Part shown: one piece after another, positions 18,256 through 26,705 of the stretch
Numbering within the stretch: the first letter of the stretch is position 1
Layout of the letters: the number at the start of each line of letters is the position of its first letter
Assembly: GCA_039811865.1 (NCBI GenBank)
Contig: JBDHZK010000001.1
Span: forward strand, 21,323 to 85,322
Direction: 5' to 3'
Source of the DNA: Propionicicella sp.
GTDB lineage: Bacteria; Actinomycetota; Actinomycetes; Propionibacteriales; Propionibacteriaceae
Length of the DNA stretch: 64,000 nucleotides
Program-made: the position numbers and the translations under genes
Notes under the pieces: generated by a model
Told to the model about the DNA's origin: nothing
Database searches by the model: none
What the model saw: only the letters and a program-made list of their open reading frames with translations

Positions 18256-19284
18256 GTGATCGATCTGCGCAGCGACACGCTCACCCGACCCGGCGCGGGC
18301 ATGCTGACGGCCATGATGGCCGCCCCGGTGGGGGACGACGTCTACGGCGAGGACCCCACCGTGAACGAACTCGAACGCCGGGTCGCCGGACTGTTCGGTC
18401 ACGAGGCTGGGTTGTTCTGCCCGTCGGCGTCGATGACCAACCTGCTCGGCATCGCCGGCCTCGTCGGGGCGGGTGAGGAGGTGCTCTGCGACGCGCGGGC
18501 TCACATCGCGCGCGCCGAGATGGGCGCCCACGGCGCGATCACCGGGGTGACGATGCGCACCTGGGCATCACCCGCCGGGATCGCGACGGTGCCAACGGTG
18601 CTCGAGATGCTGAGCCCGGACGCCGGCCCGTTCCTGGTCTCGACCGCCGCGGTCGCGCTGGAGAACACGCACAACTTCGGCGGCGGCACGATCTGGCCGA
18701 TCGCCGATATCGAGGCGATCTCGGCCGGGTGCCGCGAGCGCGGCGTAAAGGTCTTCCTCGACGGTGCCCGGATCTGGAACGCGCACGTCGCAACTGGCGT
18801 CTCGCTGGCGTCCTACGGCGCCGCGTTCGACGCGGTGAGCGTGTGTTTCTCAAAGGGCCTGGGGGCACCGATCGGCGCGGTCTTGGTTGGGGGTGCCGAA
18901 CACATCGCCAAGGCTCGTGTGCTGCGCAAACGTCTGGGCGCCGGCTGGCGTCAGGCCGGCGTCCTCGCGGCCGCGGCCGGTTATGCGCTGGACCACAACA
19001 TCCCACGCCTGGCCGACGATCACGCCGGTGCCGCAGCTTTCGCCGAACAGGTCGCCCGGCGGGTGCCCGATGTCGTCGAGCCATCGGGCGTGGCGACCAA
19101 CATCGTCGTGTTGGATACGGGCAGACGCCCAGCCGCCGAGGTCGCCGTCGCGGCGAGGAGCCGGGGGGTCGGGGTGTCCGCCCTGGGCCCTCGAATGCTG
19201 CGCGCCGTAACCCACCTGGACGTGACCCCCGCACAGGCCGCTGCTGCCGGCGCGATCGTCGGAGAAATCCTCGTCGGGCGCTAG
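18256..19284 (+). CDS. ltaE: Low-specificity L-threonine aldolase (beta-eliminating lyase family, PLP-dependent)
   Basis: N-terminal IDLRSDTLTRP, ENTHN and FSKGLGAP (PLP-Lys region), typical of LtaE. Confidence 0.75.
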   Translation: MIDLRSDTLTRPGAGMLTAMMAAPVGDDVYGEDPTVNELERRVAGLFGHEAGLFCPSASMTNLLGIAGLVGAGEEVLCDARAHIARAEMGAHGAITGVTMRTWASPAGIATVPTVLEMLSPDAGPFLVSTAAVALENTHNFGGGTIWPIADIEAISAGCRERGVKVFLDGARIWNAHVATGVSLASYGAAFDAVSVCFSKGLGAPIGAVLVGGAEHIAKARVLRKRLGAGWRQAGVLAAAAGYALDHNIPRLADDHAGAAAFAEQVARRVPDVVEPSGVATNIVVLDTGRRPAAEVAVAARSRGVGVSALGPRMLRAVTHLDVTPAQAAAAGAIVGEILVGR

Positions 19285-19318
19285 TTGCCGCCGAGGGACG
19301 CCGCCTAGGGTTGGCCTC

Positions 19319-19972
19319 ATGCGGATCTCCCACCTCGGGCACTCGGCCGTCTTGGTCGAGGTCGCCGACCAGCGCATCTTGATCGACCCAGGCAATTTCA
19401 GCGACGCCTGGCACGGGCTCACCGATCTGGACGCGATCCTGGTCACCCATCTGCACCCCGACCACGTCGATCCCGAGCACGTCCCCGCCCTGGTCGCGGC
19501 CAACCCGGGCGCGGCGGTCTACGTGGAGCCGGGCGTCCTCAAGGTCGTGCCCCTCGAGCGGGCCCGTCCGCTGTCGGCGGACACCGCGATTCGCCTGGGC
19601 GGCGTGACGGTAGCGGCGGTCGGCGGGCTACACGCGGTGATCCACCGTGACATCCCGCAGATCGGAAATGTCGGCCTCGTGATCACGGCGGAGGGTGAAC
19701 CCTCGCTGTTCCACCCGGGGGATTCACTCGCCGCGGTTCCCGGCGGCGTGGACGTCTTGGCAGTGCCGGCGTACGGGCCGTGGGCGGCGATGAAGGAGAC
19801 CATCGACTTCGCCAGGGCGGTCGCGGCTGTCCAGGGATTCCTGATCCACGAAGGTCTGCTCGGACCGCGCGGGGTGAACTTGGTGTTTGGGCGGGTGTCG
19901 GAGATGACGCCCACCAAGCTGGTCGACCTGCGGGGCGGTCAGCCCTGGGAGCCGGCCATGGAGCGCGGTTAG
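19319..19972 (+). CDS. MBL-fold metallo-hydrolase
   Basis: 217 aa with the THLHPDH metal-binding motif (HxHxDH). Confidence 0.7.
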   Translation: MRISHLGHSAVLVEVADQRILIDPGNFSDAWHGLTDLDAILVTHLHPDHVDPEHVPALVAANPGAAVYVEPGVLKVVPLERARPLSADTAIRLGGVTVAAVGGLHAVIHRDIPQIGNVGLVITAEGEPSLFHPGDSLAAVPGGVDVLAVPAYGPWAAMKETIDFARAVAAVQGFLIHEGLLGPRGVNLVFGRVSEMTPTKLVDLRGGQPWEPAMERG

Positions 19973-20026
19973 GTGTTGCATTACCCGACAGATGCCGGGT
20001 GAATCCACGTCACCTTGATCGGTTCA

Positions 20027-20935
20027 TCAGGGCCCCAGCGAGGGCGGTTTCAACCTCGGCCTGGGGCCCACGACGAGGTACATGGCCGCCAGGATCGTCA
20101 GCCCGCCGAGCAACATGCGCCAGGTGACGACCTCGCCGCCGAACGCAACCGCGAAGACCGCGGAGAAGACTGGTTCGGTCGACATGATCACCGCGGCAGT
20201 GGTCGCGGTCAGGTGTGCCTGAGCCCATACCTGAAGAAATAGGGTCCCCGCGCCGGCGAGCAGGGCCAGGTAGAGCATCGACGCCCAGTCGATCCACCCG
20301 GACGGCAGCACGAGCCGTCCGGCCGGGGCGACGAACAGCGCGCTCAGCAGGGTAATCACCAGACCCTGGACGACCGCGAGGCTGAGTGACGTCTCGGGCG
20401 TGCTCCACACGCTGGCGGCTACGATGTGGGCGGCGAAAAGCGCCGCGGACGCCAGGGTGAGCAGTTCGCCAAGGCCCACGGAAATGCCGGCGACGCCGAT
20501 TTGCAGCGACAAGATCGCCAACCCGACCGCGGCCACTACAGCGGCGAGCCAGGTGATCGCAGGGATACGTTCTTTGAGTGCCAGCCATCCCAGCAGCGGC
20601 GTGATAACCACGTACAGGCCGGTGATGAAGCCCGACACGGAAGCCGGCGTCAGCACCAGCCCGTACGACTGGACGATCAACCCGCCGCCGATCAGCAGGC
20701 CCAGGACGGCGCCACGCGCCCACAGCTTCTTGTCCAGATGCAGGCGCCGGCCGGCGATCAGCGCGAGAGCCACCGTGGCGATTCCGTAGCGCACGACGAG
20801 GACGTCGGCGGGCGGGACCCGCGCGATCAGATCCTTGGTCACGGGGAAGGTCGACCCCCAAAGGGCCGCCACAAAGATCAGCGTTGCCGCGCCAAGGGCC
20901 GAGTTGCGCGGCGCGGCCCCGGCCCGGGCGTTCAC
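20027..20935 (-). CDS. EamA/DMT-family transporter
   Basis: 302 aa with about 10 TM helices and the duplicated EamA-type architecture. GTGA overlap with the upstream kinase stop. Confidence 0.75.
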   Translation of the reverse strand: MNARAGAAPRNSALGAATLIFVAALWGSTFPVTKDLIARVPPADVLVVRYGIATVALALIAGRRLHLDKKLWARGAVLGLLIGGGLIVQSYGLVLTPASVSGFITGLYVVITPLLGWLALKERIPAITWLAAVVAAVGLAILSLQIGVAGISVGLGELLTLASAALFAAHIVAASVWSTPETSLSLAVVQGLVITLLSALFVAPAGRLVLPSGWIDWASMLYLALLAGAGTLFLQVWAQAHLTATTAAVIMSTEPVFSAVFAVAFGGEVVTWRMLLGGLTILAAMYLVVGPRPRLKPPSLGP

Positions 20936-22905
20936 ACCACGTAAAGGGTGATCGTCGCGCCCTTTGCCGCCTGACCGCCGAGCGCCGGCCGGGCGTAGGA
21001 GACCAGCCCAAGTTCGTTGGACTTGATCAGGTGAACCACGGTCACCTTGAAGCCCTGAGATTGCAGGATCGTCGTGGCCCGGGCAACGGGCAACGCCTTC
21101 ACGTTCGGAACCGTGACCATGGCCGGCCCCGAGCTCACCGTGACCGAGATCGCCGAGCCACTGCGCAGCGTCCCGGACGCCGGCGACTGTGCGATCACGT
21201 TGTCGGCGGCGGAAGCCGAGTTCTGCCTGGCTGCCACGGTGATCGTAAGCCCAGTCCTCGAAGCGATCGCTTTGGCGGTGGCCAGCGAGTGGCCGACCAG
21301 GCTAGGGACTCGCACCGGACGGGGGCCGGAAGAGACGACGAGGTCCACCTTCGTCAGCTTGGGCAGTTGCATGCCGACGGGTGGCGAGCACCGAATCACA
21401 CTGCCGGCGGGTGCCTTCTCGCTGTACTCGGAGGTGATCGTGCCCTGAGCAAAGCCCGCTGCCGAGAGCGCGGCGACCGCCTGCGCCTGGGTCAGCCCGG
21501 TCAACGGAGGCACCGAATACAGCTGCGGACCGAGCGACAAGAAGGCGTGCACCTGACCGCCGCGCAGGATGCGCTCGCCCTGGGCGGGGATCGTCCTGGT
21601 GACCGTGCCCTTGGCAACCTCCGGGCTGTACTCACCTTCGAAAGTGACGCTGACGTCCGCTTTCTCGGAGGCAGATCGCGCCTCGATCTCGGTCAGATTC
21701 GCCAGCGCCGGCGCTGTTGTGAATCGGCCCTGAGTCAGGTACCAGCTGCCGTAGCCCACACCGAACGTCATCACGAGCACCAGCAAGAACGCCAGCAGCG
21801 AGCGCCGGCGTCGGCGCAGTTGGCGGGCCCGCTGGGCGATCACTCGCGCGGACGCAGGTACTGGAGCCGGAGCGGGGTCGTCGTAGTAGGGAATGCCGTC
21901 GAGTGTGTTCTCGAACGCCGGGCTCACGGGCGTGACCGGCGTCGAGGGCGTGAACCGCAGCGACTTGGCCCGCTTGATCGGGTCGGACGCTGGCGGCGGG
22001 GCGTCCAGCGTCGGTGCCCGCATCGCCGAGACGAGTTCGGGGTCGTCGGTGATGCCCGCCGTGAGCGCCCGCCGCGCCCTCCGGACGTGGTCCAGCAGGA
22101 TCCGGGCGTCCTGCGGCCGACGCTTTGGATCGCGATCGGTGGCGGTCATCACCAGCGCATCAAGGTAGGCCGGGACGCTGCCCCGACTGGGCGCGGCGGC
22201 CGAGGGAGCCGGCACGCGGTTATGCACGTGCGCGTACGCGACCTGGATCGGCGTGTCGCCGGTGTGCGGCTTGCGCCCGGTGAGTAGTTCGTAGAGCAGG
22301 ATCCCGGCCGAGTAGACATCGCTGCGGGGGTCGGCGCGTCCCTGCGTGACCAACTCGGGGGCGATGTAGGACACCGTGCCGATGAGCAGGCCCTTGGTGC
22401 CCGTGACCGTCTGCCCGGTGACGGCCTTGGCCAAGCCGAAGTCGGCCACCTTGACCTTGCCGGAAGTCGAGATCAGCACGTTCTCGGGCTTCACGTCGCG
22501 ATGGATCAGCCCATTCTCGTGGGCCGAAGCGAGCGCCTGGATGATCGGTTCGTACAGTTCCAGTGCTCGGTTTGGGCTCAGCGGGGCCTCGTTGGTCAGC
22601 AGGTGACGCAGCGTCCTGCCGTCCACGAACTCCATCACGATGAACGGACGGCCGCGGTCGCTGCCCTGATCGAACACCGACACCACGTACGGATTGGACA
22701 GCCGAGCCGCAGCCCGTGCCTCCCGGTCGAACTTGCGGGCGAAGTCGGCGTCGTCGCCCAACCCCTCGTGCATCACCTTGACCGCGACGACCCGGTTCAG
22801 CCGCAGATCGACCGCTTCGTACACGACCGCCATGCCGCCCCGAGCCAGCCTGCGCCGGATCTCGTAGCGATCGTCGAGGACATGGCCGACCAGGGGGTCG
22901 CTCAT
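20932..22905 (-). CDS. Ser/Thr protein kinase with a TM segment and extracellular PASTA repeats
   Basis: Hanks kinase motifs (GGMAVVYEA, VAVKV, HRDVKPENVL, DFGLAK, APE), a TM helix, then about four PASTA-like repeats. Start set at MSDPLVG (ATG 22905). The ORF-track start 23034 is probably too long. Confidence 0.85.
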   Translation of the reverse strand: MSDPLVGHVLDDRYEIRRRLARGGMAVVYEAVDLRLNRVVAVKVMHEGLGDDADFARKFDREARAAARLSNPYVVSVFDQGSDRGRPFIVMEFVDGRTLRHLLTNEAPLSPNRALELYEPIIQALASAHENGLIHRDVKPENVLISTSGKVKVADFGLAKAVTGQTVTGTKGLLIGTVSYIAPELVTQGRADPRSDVYSAGILLYELLTGRKPHTGDTPIQVAYAHVHNRVPAPSAAAPSRGSVPAYLDALVMTATDRDPKRRPQDARILLDHVRRARRALTAGITDDPELVSAMRAPTLDAPPPASDPIKRAKSLRFTPSTPVTPVSPAFENTLDGIPYYDDPAPAPVPASARVIAQRARQLRRRRRSLLAFLLVLVMTFGVGYGSWYLTQGRFTTAPALANLTEIEARSASEKADVSVTFEGEYSPEVAKGTVTRTIPAQGERILRGGQVHAFLSLGPQLYSVPPLTGLTQAQAVAALSAAGFAQGTITSEYSEKAPAGSVIRCSPPVGMQLPKLTKVDLVVSSGPRPVRVPSLVGHSLATAKAIASRTGLTITVAARQNSASAADNVIAQSPASGTLRSGSAISVTVSSGPAMVTVPNVKALPVARATTILQSQGFKVTVVHLIKSNELGLVSYARPALGGQAAKGATITLYVV

Positions 22906-23072
22906 GTTCACCGTCGTCACGTGCTCTCCGAACCGCCAGGGGAAGTGGGGCGTCTCGCTCCGTTTTCCGCAGTCTAGGAAGGGCCGCATCGAATCCTCGG
23001 TAGACCCGCCGCGCTCCAGATGGTCAACCGTCATCGACTTGCCAGGACTTTGACGTCACCCCTAGTTACTCT

Positions 23073-23822
23073 GTGCCTGTGACCGCACTGATGGGTTTGG
23101 CCGACCGGCTGAGGTTGGCACGACTGTTCCTGATCACCGACGCCCGCACCGAAGCCGGCGATCTGGTGAAGTTCGTGGACGCGGCGTTCGCCGGCGGCGT
23201 CGACATGCTGCGCCTGCGGGCGGACGGGTTGGACGGCAAGGACCTGCGCGGCGTCCTGGAGAAAGTCCGTGACGTCGCGTTCCGATACCAGGGACTCGTG
23301 GTCGTCGACGAGGAACTCGATGTGGCTCAGGAGTTCGGTGCCGACCTGATGCACCTCGGGCAAGCGGGCGGGGAGTCGGCCAAGGCGCGCAAGTACCTGC
23401 ACGAGTGGGCGCTGATCGGCCGTTCCGCCCATAGCCAGGCGCAGGTGGACGCGGCCATCTCCGATCCCGACATCAACTACTTCACCGTCGGTCCGGTGTA
23501 TGCCACCACCCCCGATCCCGAATACCCGGCGCCTGGGCTGGACCTGGTTGGCTACGCCGCGCGAGTTGCTCCGCCGTCGGATCCCAAGTCGAAACCCTGG
23601 TTTGCCGTCGGCAACATCACCGCCGAAGTCCTGGACGACGTCCTGGCCGCCGGTGCGCGTCGAGTGGCGGTGGTCGGCGCGATCACGCGCGCCAGCGACC
23701 CGCAGGCGGCCGCGCGCAGCCTGAAAGACCGGCTGAAGGCCGCCTGGGACGCCGACCCGGGGATGGAGCGGCTGGTCTTCTCGTCCTTCTCCGCCGGCAC
23801 GGGTTTCATCGCCGGCCAGTGA
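23073..23822 (+). CDS. Thiamine-phosphate synthase (ThiE)-like TIM-barrel protein
   Basis: LFLITD..., GGVDMLRLR, GADLMHLGQ, YFTVGPVYATT and VAVVGAITRASDP follow the ThiE pattern. The usual phosphate-binding PT.TK is altered (ATTPDPEY). Confidence 0.6.
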   Translation: MPVTALMGLADRLRLARLFLITDARTEAGDLVKFVDAAFAGGVDMLRLRADGLDGKDLRGVLEKVRDVAFRYQGLVVVDEELDVAQEFGADLMHLGQAGGESAKARKYLHEWALIGRSAHSQAQVDAAISDPDINYFTVGPVYATTPDPEYPAPGLDLVGYAARVAPPSDPKSKPWFAVGNITAEVLDDVLAAGARRVAVVGAITRASDPQAAARSLKDRLKAAWDADPGMERLVFSSFSAGTGFIAGQ

Positions 23823-24277
23823 CGCCTCGGTCTCGGCCCGCCGGGTGGGCCGTCCTGCTGGCGGGCGTCGTGGCAGCGCTGGTCCCGCTGCTCGCCGGCT
23901 GCCTGGTCGCCCCGGGGACGATGCCGCCGACGACCTCGCCCAGCCCGGTCGAGACGTCGGCGGCCTCATCGGCTGCGCCCGTGGATCCCGAGTCGGGGCT
24001 GCGCTGGATCGAGGTCTCCGCACTGCCCCCGGAGGGCCGAGCAACCATCCGGCTGATCGAGGCCGGGGGGCCCTTTCCGTATGCCAAAGATGGGGTGAAG
24101 TTCGGCAACAACGAGCGGATCCTGCCCAGGCGCGCCTTCGGCTACTACCGCGAGTACACCGTGCCGACTCCGGGCTCGAAGACTCGCGGGGCGCGGCGGA
24201 TCGTCACCGGCAACGATGACACCGAGTTCTACTACACGCCAGACCACTACGCCACCTTCTTGAGGATCAGACGATGA
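23819..24277 (+). CDS. Secreted guanyl-specific ribonuclease of the RNase Sa/barnase (N1/T1 microbial RNase) family, lipoprotein signal
   Basis: Lipobox LLAGC, then a C-terminal domain FPYAKDGVKFGNNERILPRRAFGYYREYTVPTPGSKTRGARRIVTGNDDTEFYYTPDHYATF with the catalytic Glu/Arg/His pattern. GTGA overlap with the thiE-like stop. Confidence 0.8.
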   Translation: MTPRSRPAGWAVLLAGVVAALVPLLAGCLVAPGTMPPTTSPSPVETSAASSAAPVDPESGLRWIEVSALPPEGRATIRLIEAGGPFPYAKDGVKFGNNERILPRRAFGYYREYTVPTPGSKTRGARRIVTGNDDTEFYYTPDHYATFLRIRR

Positions 24278-24639
24278 GCGAGATTGAGCCGCTGCTGGGA
24301 CCCGGGTTGGTTGGGGGGGTGTACCGGCCCGTCTGGGCTGGCGATCCGGACGCCGCCGCTCGCCTCCGGGAGGCCGGGTGGAGTGTCGCCGAGGTGCCGG
24401 AGGTCGTCTCGCTGCACGACTTCTACGTGGAGGTGGCGCACGCGTTGGAACTGCCCGACTACTTCGGCGCGAACCTGGACGCCCTATGGGACTGCCTGAC
24501 CGACCTGATTGGCCCGACCGCCTTGCTCTGGCCGGGGTGGGCCGAACTGGCCGTCTCCCGCGCCGATCAGTGGGGACGACTGATGCCGGTGCTGGCCGCG
24601 CGCACGCGGCAACAGCCGGCGTTCGCGTTGGTCCTTTGA
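24274..24639 (+). CDS. Barstar-family ribonuclease inhibitor
   Basis: 121 aa. SLHDFYVEVAHALELPDYFGANLDALWDCLTDL matches the barstar inhibitory helix region. ATGA overlap with the RNase stop. Confidence 0.75.
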   Translation: MSEIEPLLGPGLVGGVYRPVWAGDPDAAARLREAGWSVAEVPEVVSLHDFYVEVAHALELPDYFGANLDALWDCLTDLIGPTALLWPGWAELAVSRADQWGRLMPVLAARTRQQPAFALVL

Positions 24640-24660
24640 TGCCGGCAGGCTTCCCGGGGA

Positions 24661-25764
24661 TCAGGCTTCACGGGCGACGGCCAACTGGGCGAGCGAGCCG
24701 AGCGCGCGGCGCCCGTCCGGGTGCATCTCGACATCCGTGAGCGCACCTAAGGCGGCCTCGTAGTCTCTGGTGATGTCGGCCTCCACCGCTGCTCGCGCCC
24801 CCGACGCGGTGATGATCGCCCGGGCCTCGTCGACCTCGTCGAGGCCGAGGTCGGGCCGTCCCAGCAAGGCAACCAGTCGCCGGGCGGCGGCGCGTTCTGC
24901 TCGCGCGCAGGCGTGCGCGATCAGCACCGTCCGCTTTCCCTCGCGCAGATCGTCCCCGGCGGGCTTGCCGGTGACCTGTGAATCGCCGAAGACGCCGAGC
25001 AGGTCGTCTCGGAACTGGAACGCGCGACCGATGGCGCTTCCGTACGAGGTCAGCGCGGACGAAAGCCGTGCCGAGCCGCCGGCCAGCGCCGCGCCGATCT
25101 GGGCTGGCCGTTGGACGGTGTACCTGGCGGTCTTGTACTCCACCACGCGGTGAGCCTCGTCGAGTAGGTGCGACCAGGAGGTGTCGTCCAACACCGGCTG
25201 GGTTTGGGCGAACACGTCCAGGTACTGCCCGGCGGTGACCTCGGTTCGGACGGCGTTGAGCAGCGGTGTCGCCCTGGCGAGGGCGTCGGGCGCCAACCCA
25301 GCCGTGGCGAAAAGCTCGGCCGACCACACCAGGAGGAGGTCTCCGAGCAGGATCGCGCCCGCCCGTCCGAAGGCCTCGGAGGATCCGGACCATCCGCTTT
25401 GGTGATGGGTGGCGGCGAACTGCCGGTGGGCAGACGGGACGCCCCGCCGGGTGTCCGACGAATCGATCAGGTCGTCGTGGACGAGCGCGGAGGCGTGCAG
25501 CAGGTCGAGGCTGGCCGCGGCCCGCAGCAAGGCGGCGGGATCCTCCGGTTGGCCCGCGACGGCCGCATAACCCCAGTAGCACCACGCCGGCCGCAGTCGC
25601 TTGCCGCCGTCGACGAAGCGGCGGGCGAGGTCGCCCAGGCCATCCAACTCGGCGCCGATGCCGGCGAGCGCCGAGCGTTGCGTCGCCATGAAGTCGGCCA
25701 GCGTGCGGCCGACCGCGTCCCGGAAATCGCGGCCGGCAGGCTCGGCGGCGTCGAAGATGCCCAC
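24661..25764 (-). CDS. Polyprenyl (geranylgeranyl) diphosphate synthase
   Basis: First and second Asp-rich motifs (LVHDDLIDSSDTRRG, FQFRDDLLGVFGD). GTG start at 25764. Confidence 0.85.
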   Translation of the reverse strand: MGIFDAAEPAGRDFRDAVGRTLADFMATQRSALAGIGAELDGLGDLARRFVDGGKRLRPAWCYWGYAAVAGQPEDPAALLRAAASLDLLHASALVHDDLIDSSDTRRGVPSAHRQFAATHHQSGWSGSSEAFGRAGAILLGDLLLVWSAELFATAGLAPDALARATPLLNAVRTEVTAGQYLDVFAQTQPVLDDTSWSHLLDEAHRVVEYKTARYTVQRPAQIGAALAGGSARLSSALTSYGSAIGRAFQFRDDLLGVFGDSQVTGKPAGDDLREGKRTVLIAHACARAERAAARRLVALLGRPDLGLDEVDEARAIITASGARAAVEADITRDYEAALGALTDVEMHPDGRRALGSLAQLAVAREA

Positions 25765-25775
25765 GGTCTGAGCCT

Positions 25776-26705
25776 ATGGGTACCCGGCCGGCGGCGGTCC
25801 ATATGGTTGCCCGCATGCTCGCCGCGCCCACCGTCGCCCAACGCCTGGCCTGTGGCGAACGCCTCTCGTCCTTCGAGTTCTTCCCGCCCAAGGACGAGGT
25901 CGGTCAGGCGCAACTGGCCAAGGCGATCCGGGAGCTGGAGCCGTTGCATCCCGACTTCGTCTCGGTCACCTACGGGGCCAGCGGTTCCACTCGAGATCGG
26001 ACGCTGGCCGTCACCCGCTACATCAACGAGCAGACTTCGCTCGAGACGATGGGCCACCTGACCTGCGTTTCGCAATCGGTGGACGAGCTCCGGGGAGCCA
26101 TCCGGGCCTACGAAGACGCCGGCGTCCGGCACATCCTCGCGATCCGGGGCGACCCCCCAGGTGGTCCGACCGCACCTTGGGTCCGGCACCCCGAGGGCCT
26201 CGACAACGCCACCCAACTCGTCGAGCTCGTCAAGGAGACGGGGGATTTCTGCGTGGGGGTCGCGGCCTTCCCCGACCCGCATCCGGAACGTCGCGACGCC
26301 GGTCTGGACGCCCGCGTCCTGGCGGCGAAGGCGCAAGCCGGAGCCGAGTTCGCGATCACCCAGCTGTTCTTCGAAGCCGAGCCCTACTTCGCTTTGGTCG
26401 AGCGGGTGCGCGCGATCGGTTGCGACATCCCGATCATCCCCGGGATCATGCCCGTCACGAGCTTCGGGCAGGTCAAACGGTTCGCCGAGTTGTCGGGGGC
26501 CGAGCTACCGAGTGCCCTCGTGGCTCGTCTGCAAACGGTAGCCGGCGACACGGTGGCCCTGGCCTCGCTCGGTGAGGAGGTGGCCACCGATCTGTGCGAA
26601 AGCCTGCTAGCTGGTGGCGCCCCCGGGTTGCACTTCTTTACGCAGAACCGGTCGAGGGCGACGACAGCGATCTACGCCAGGCTGAAGAACCGACGTCGAG
26701 GGTGA
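25776..26705 (+). CDS. metF: Methylenetetrahydrofolate reductase
   Basis: SFEFFPPK, VTYGASGSTR, LTCV, IRGDPP and LHFFTQNRS blocks. Start ambiguous (ATG 25776, 25803 or 25815). Confidence 0.85.
   Translation: MGTRPAAVHMVARMLAAPTVAQRLACGERLSSFEFFPPKDEVGQAQLAKAIRELEPLHPDFVSVTYGASGSTRDRTLAVTRYINEQTSLETMGHLTCVSQSVDELRGAIRAYEDAGVRHILAIRGDPPGGPTAPWVRHPEGLDNATQLVELVKETGDFCVGVAAFPDPHPERRDAGLDARVLAAKAQAGAEFAITQLFFEAEPYFALVERVRAIGCDIPIIPGIMPVTSFGQVKRFAELSGAELPSALVARLQTVAGDTVALASLGEEVATDLCESLLAGGAPGLHFFTQNRSRATTAIYARLKNRRRG

Noticed and set aside
22906-23072. A TPP riboswitch upstream of the thiE-like gene.
   Set aside because: The spacer is a divergent promoter region of about 167 nt, and I see no recognisable TPP aptamer core (no CUGAGA/ACCUGA-type elements).
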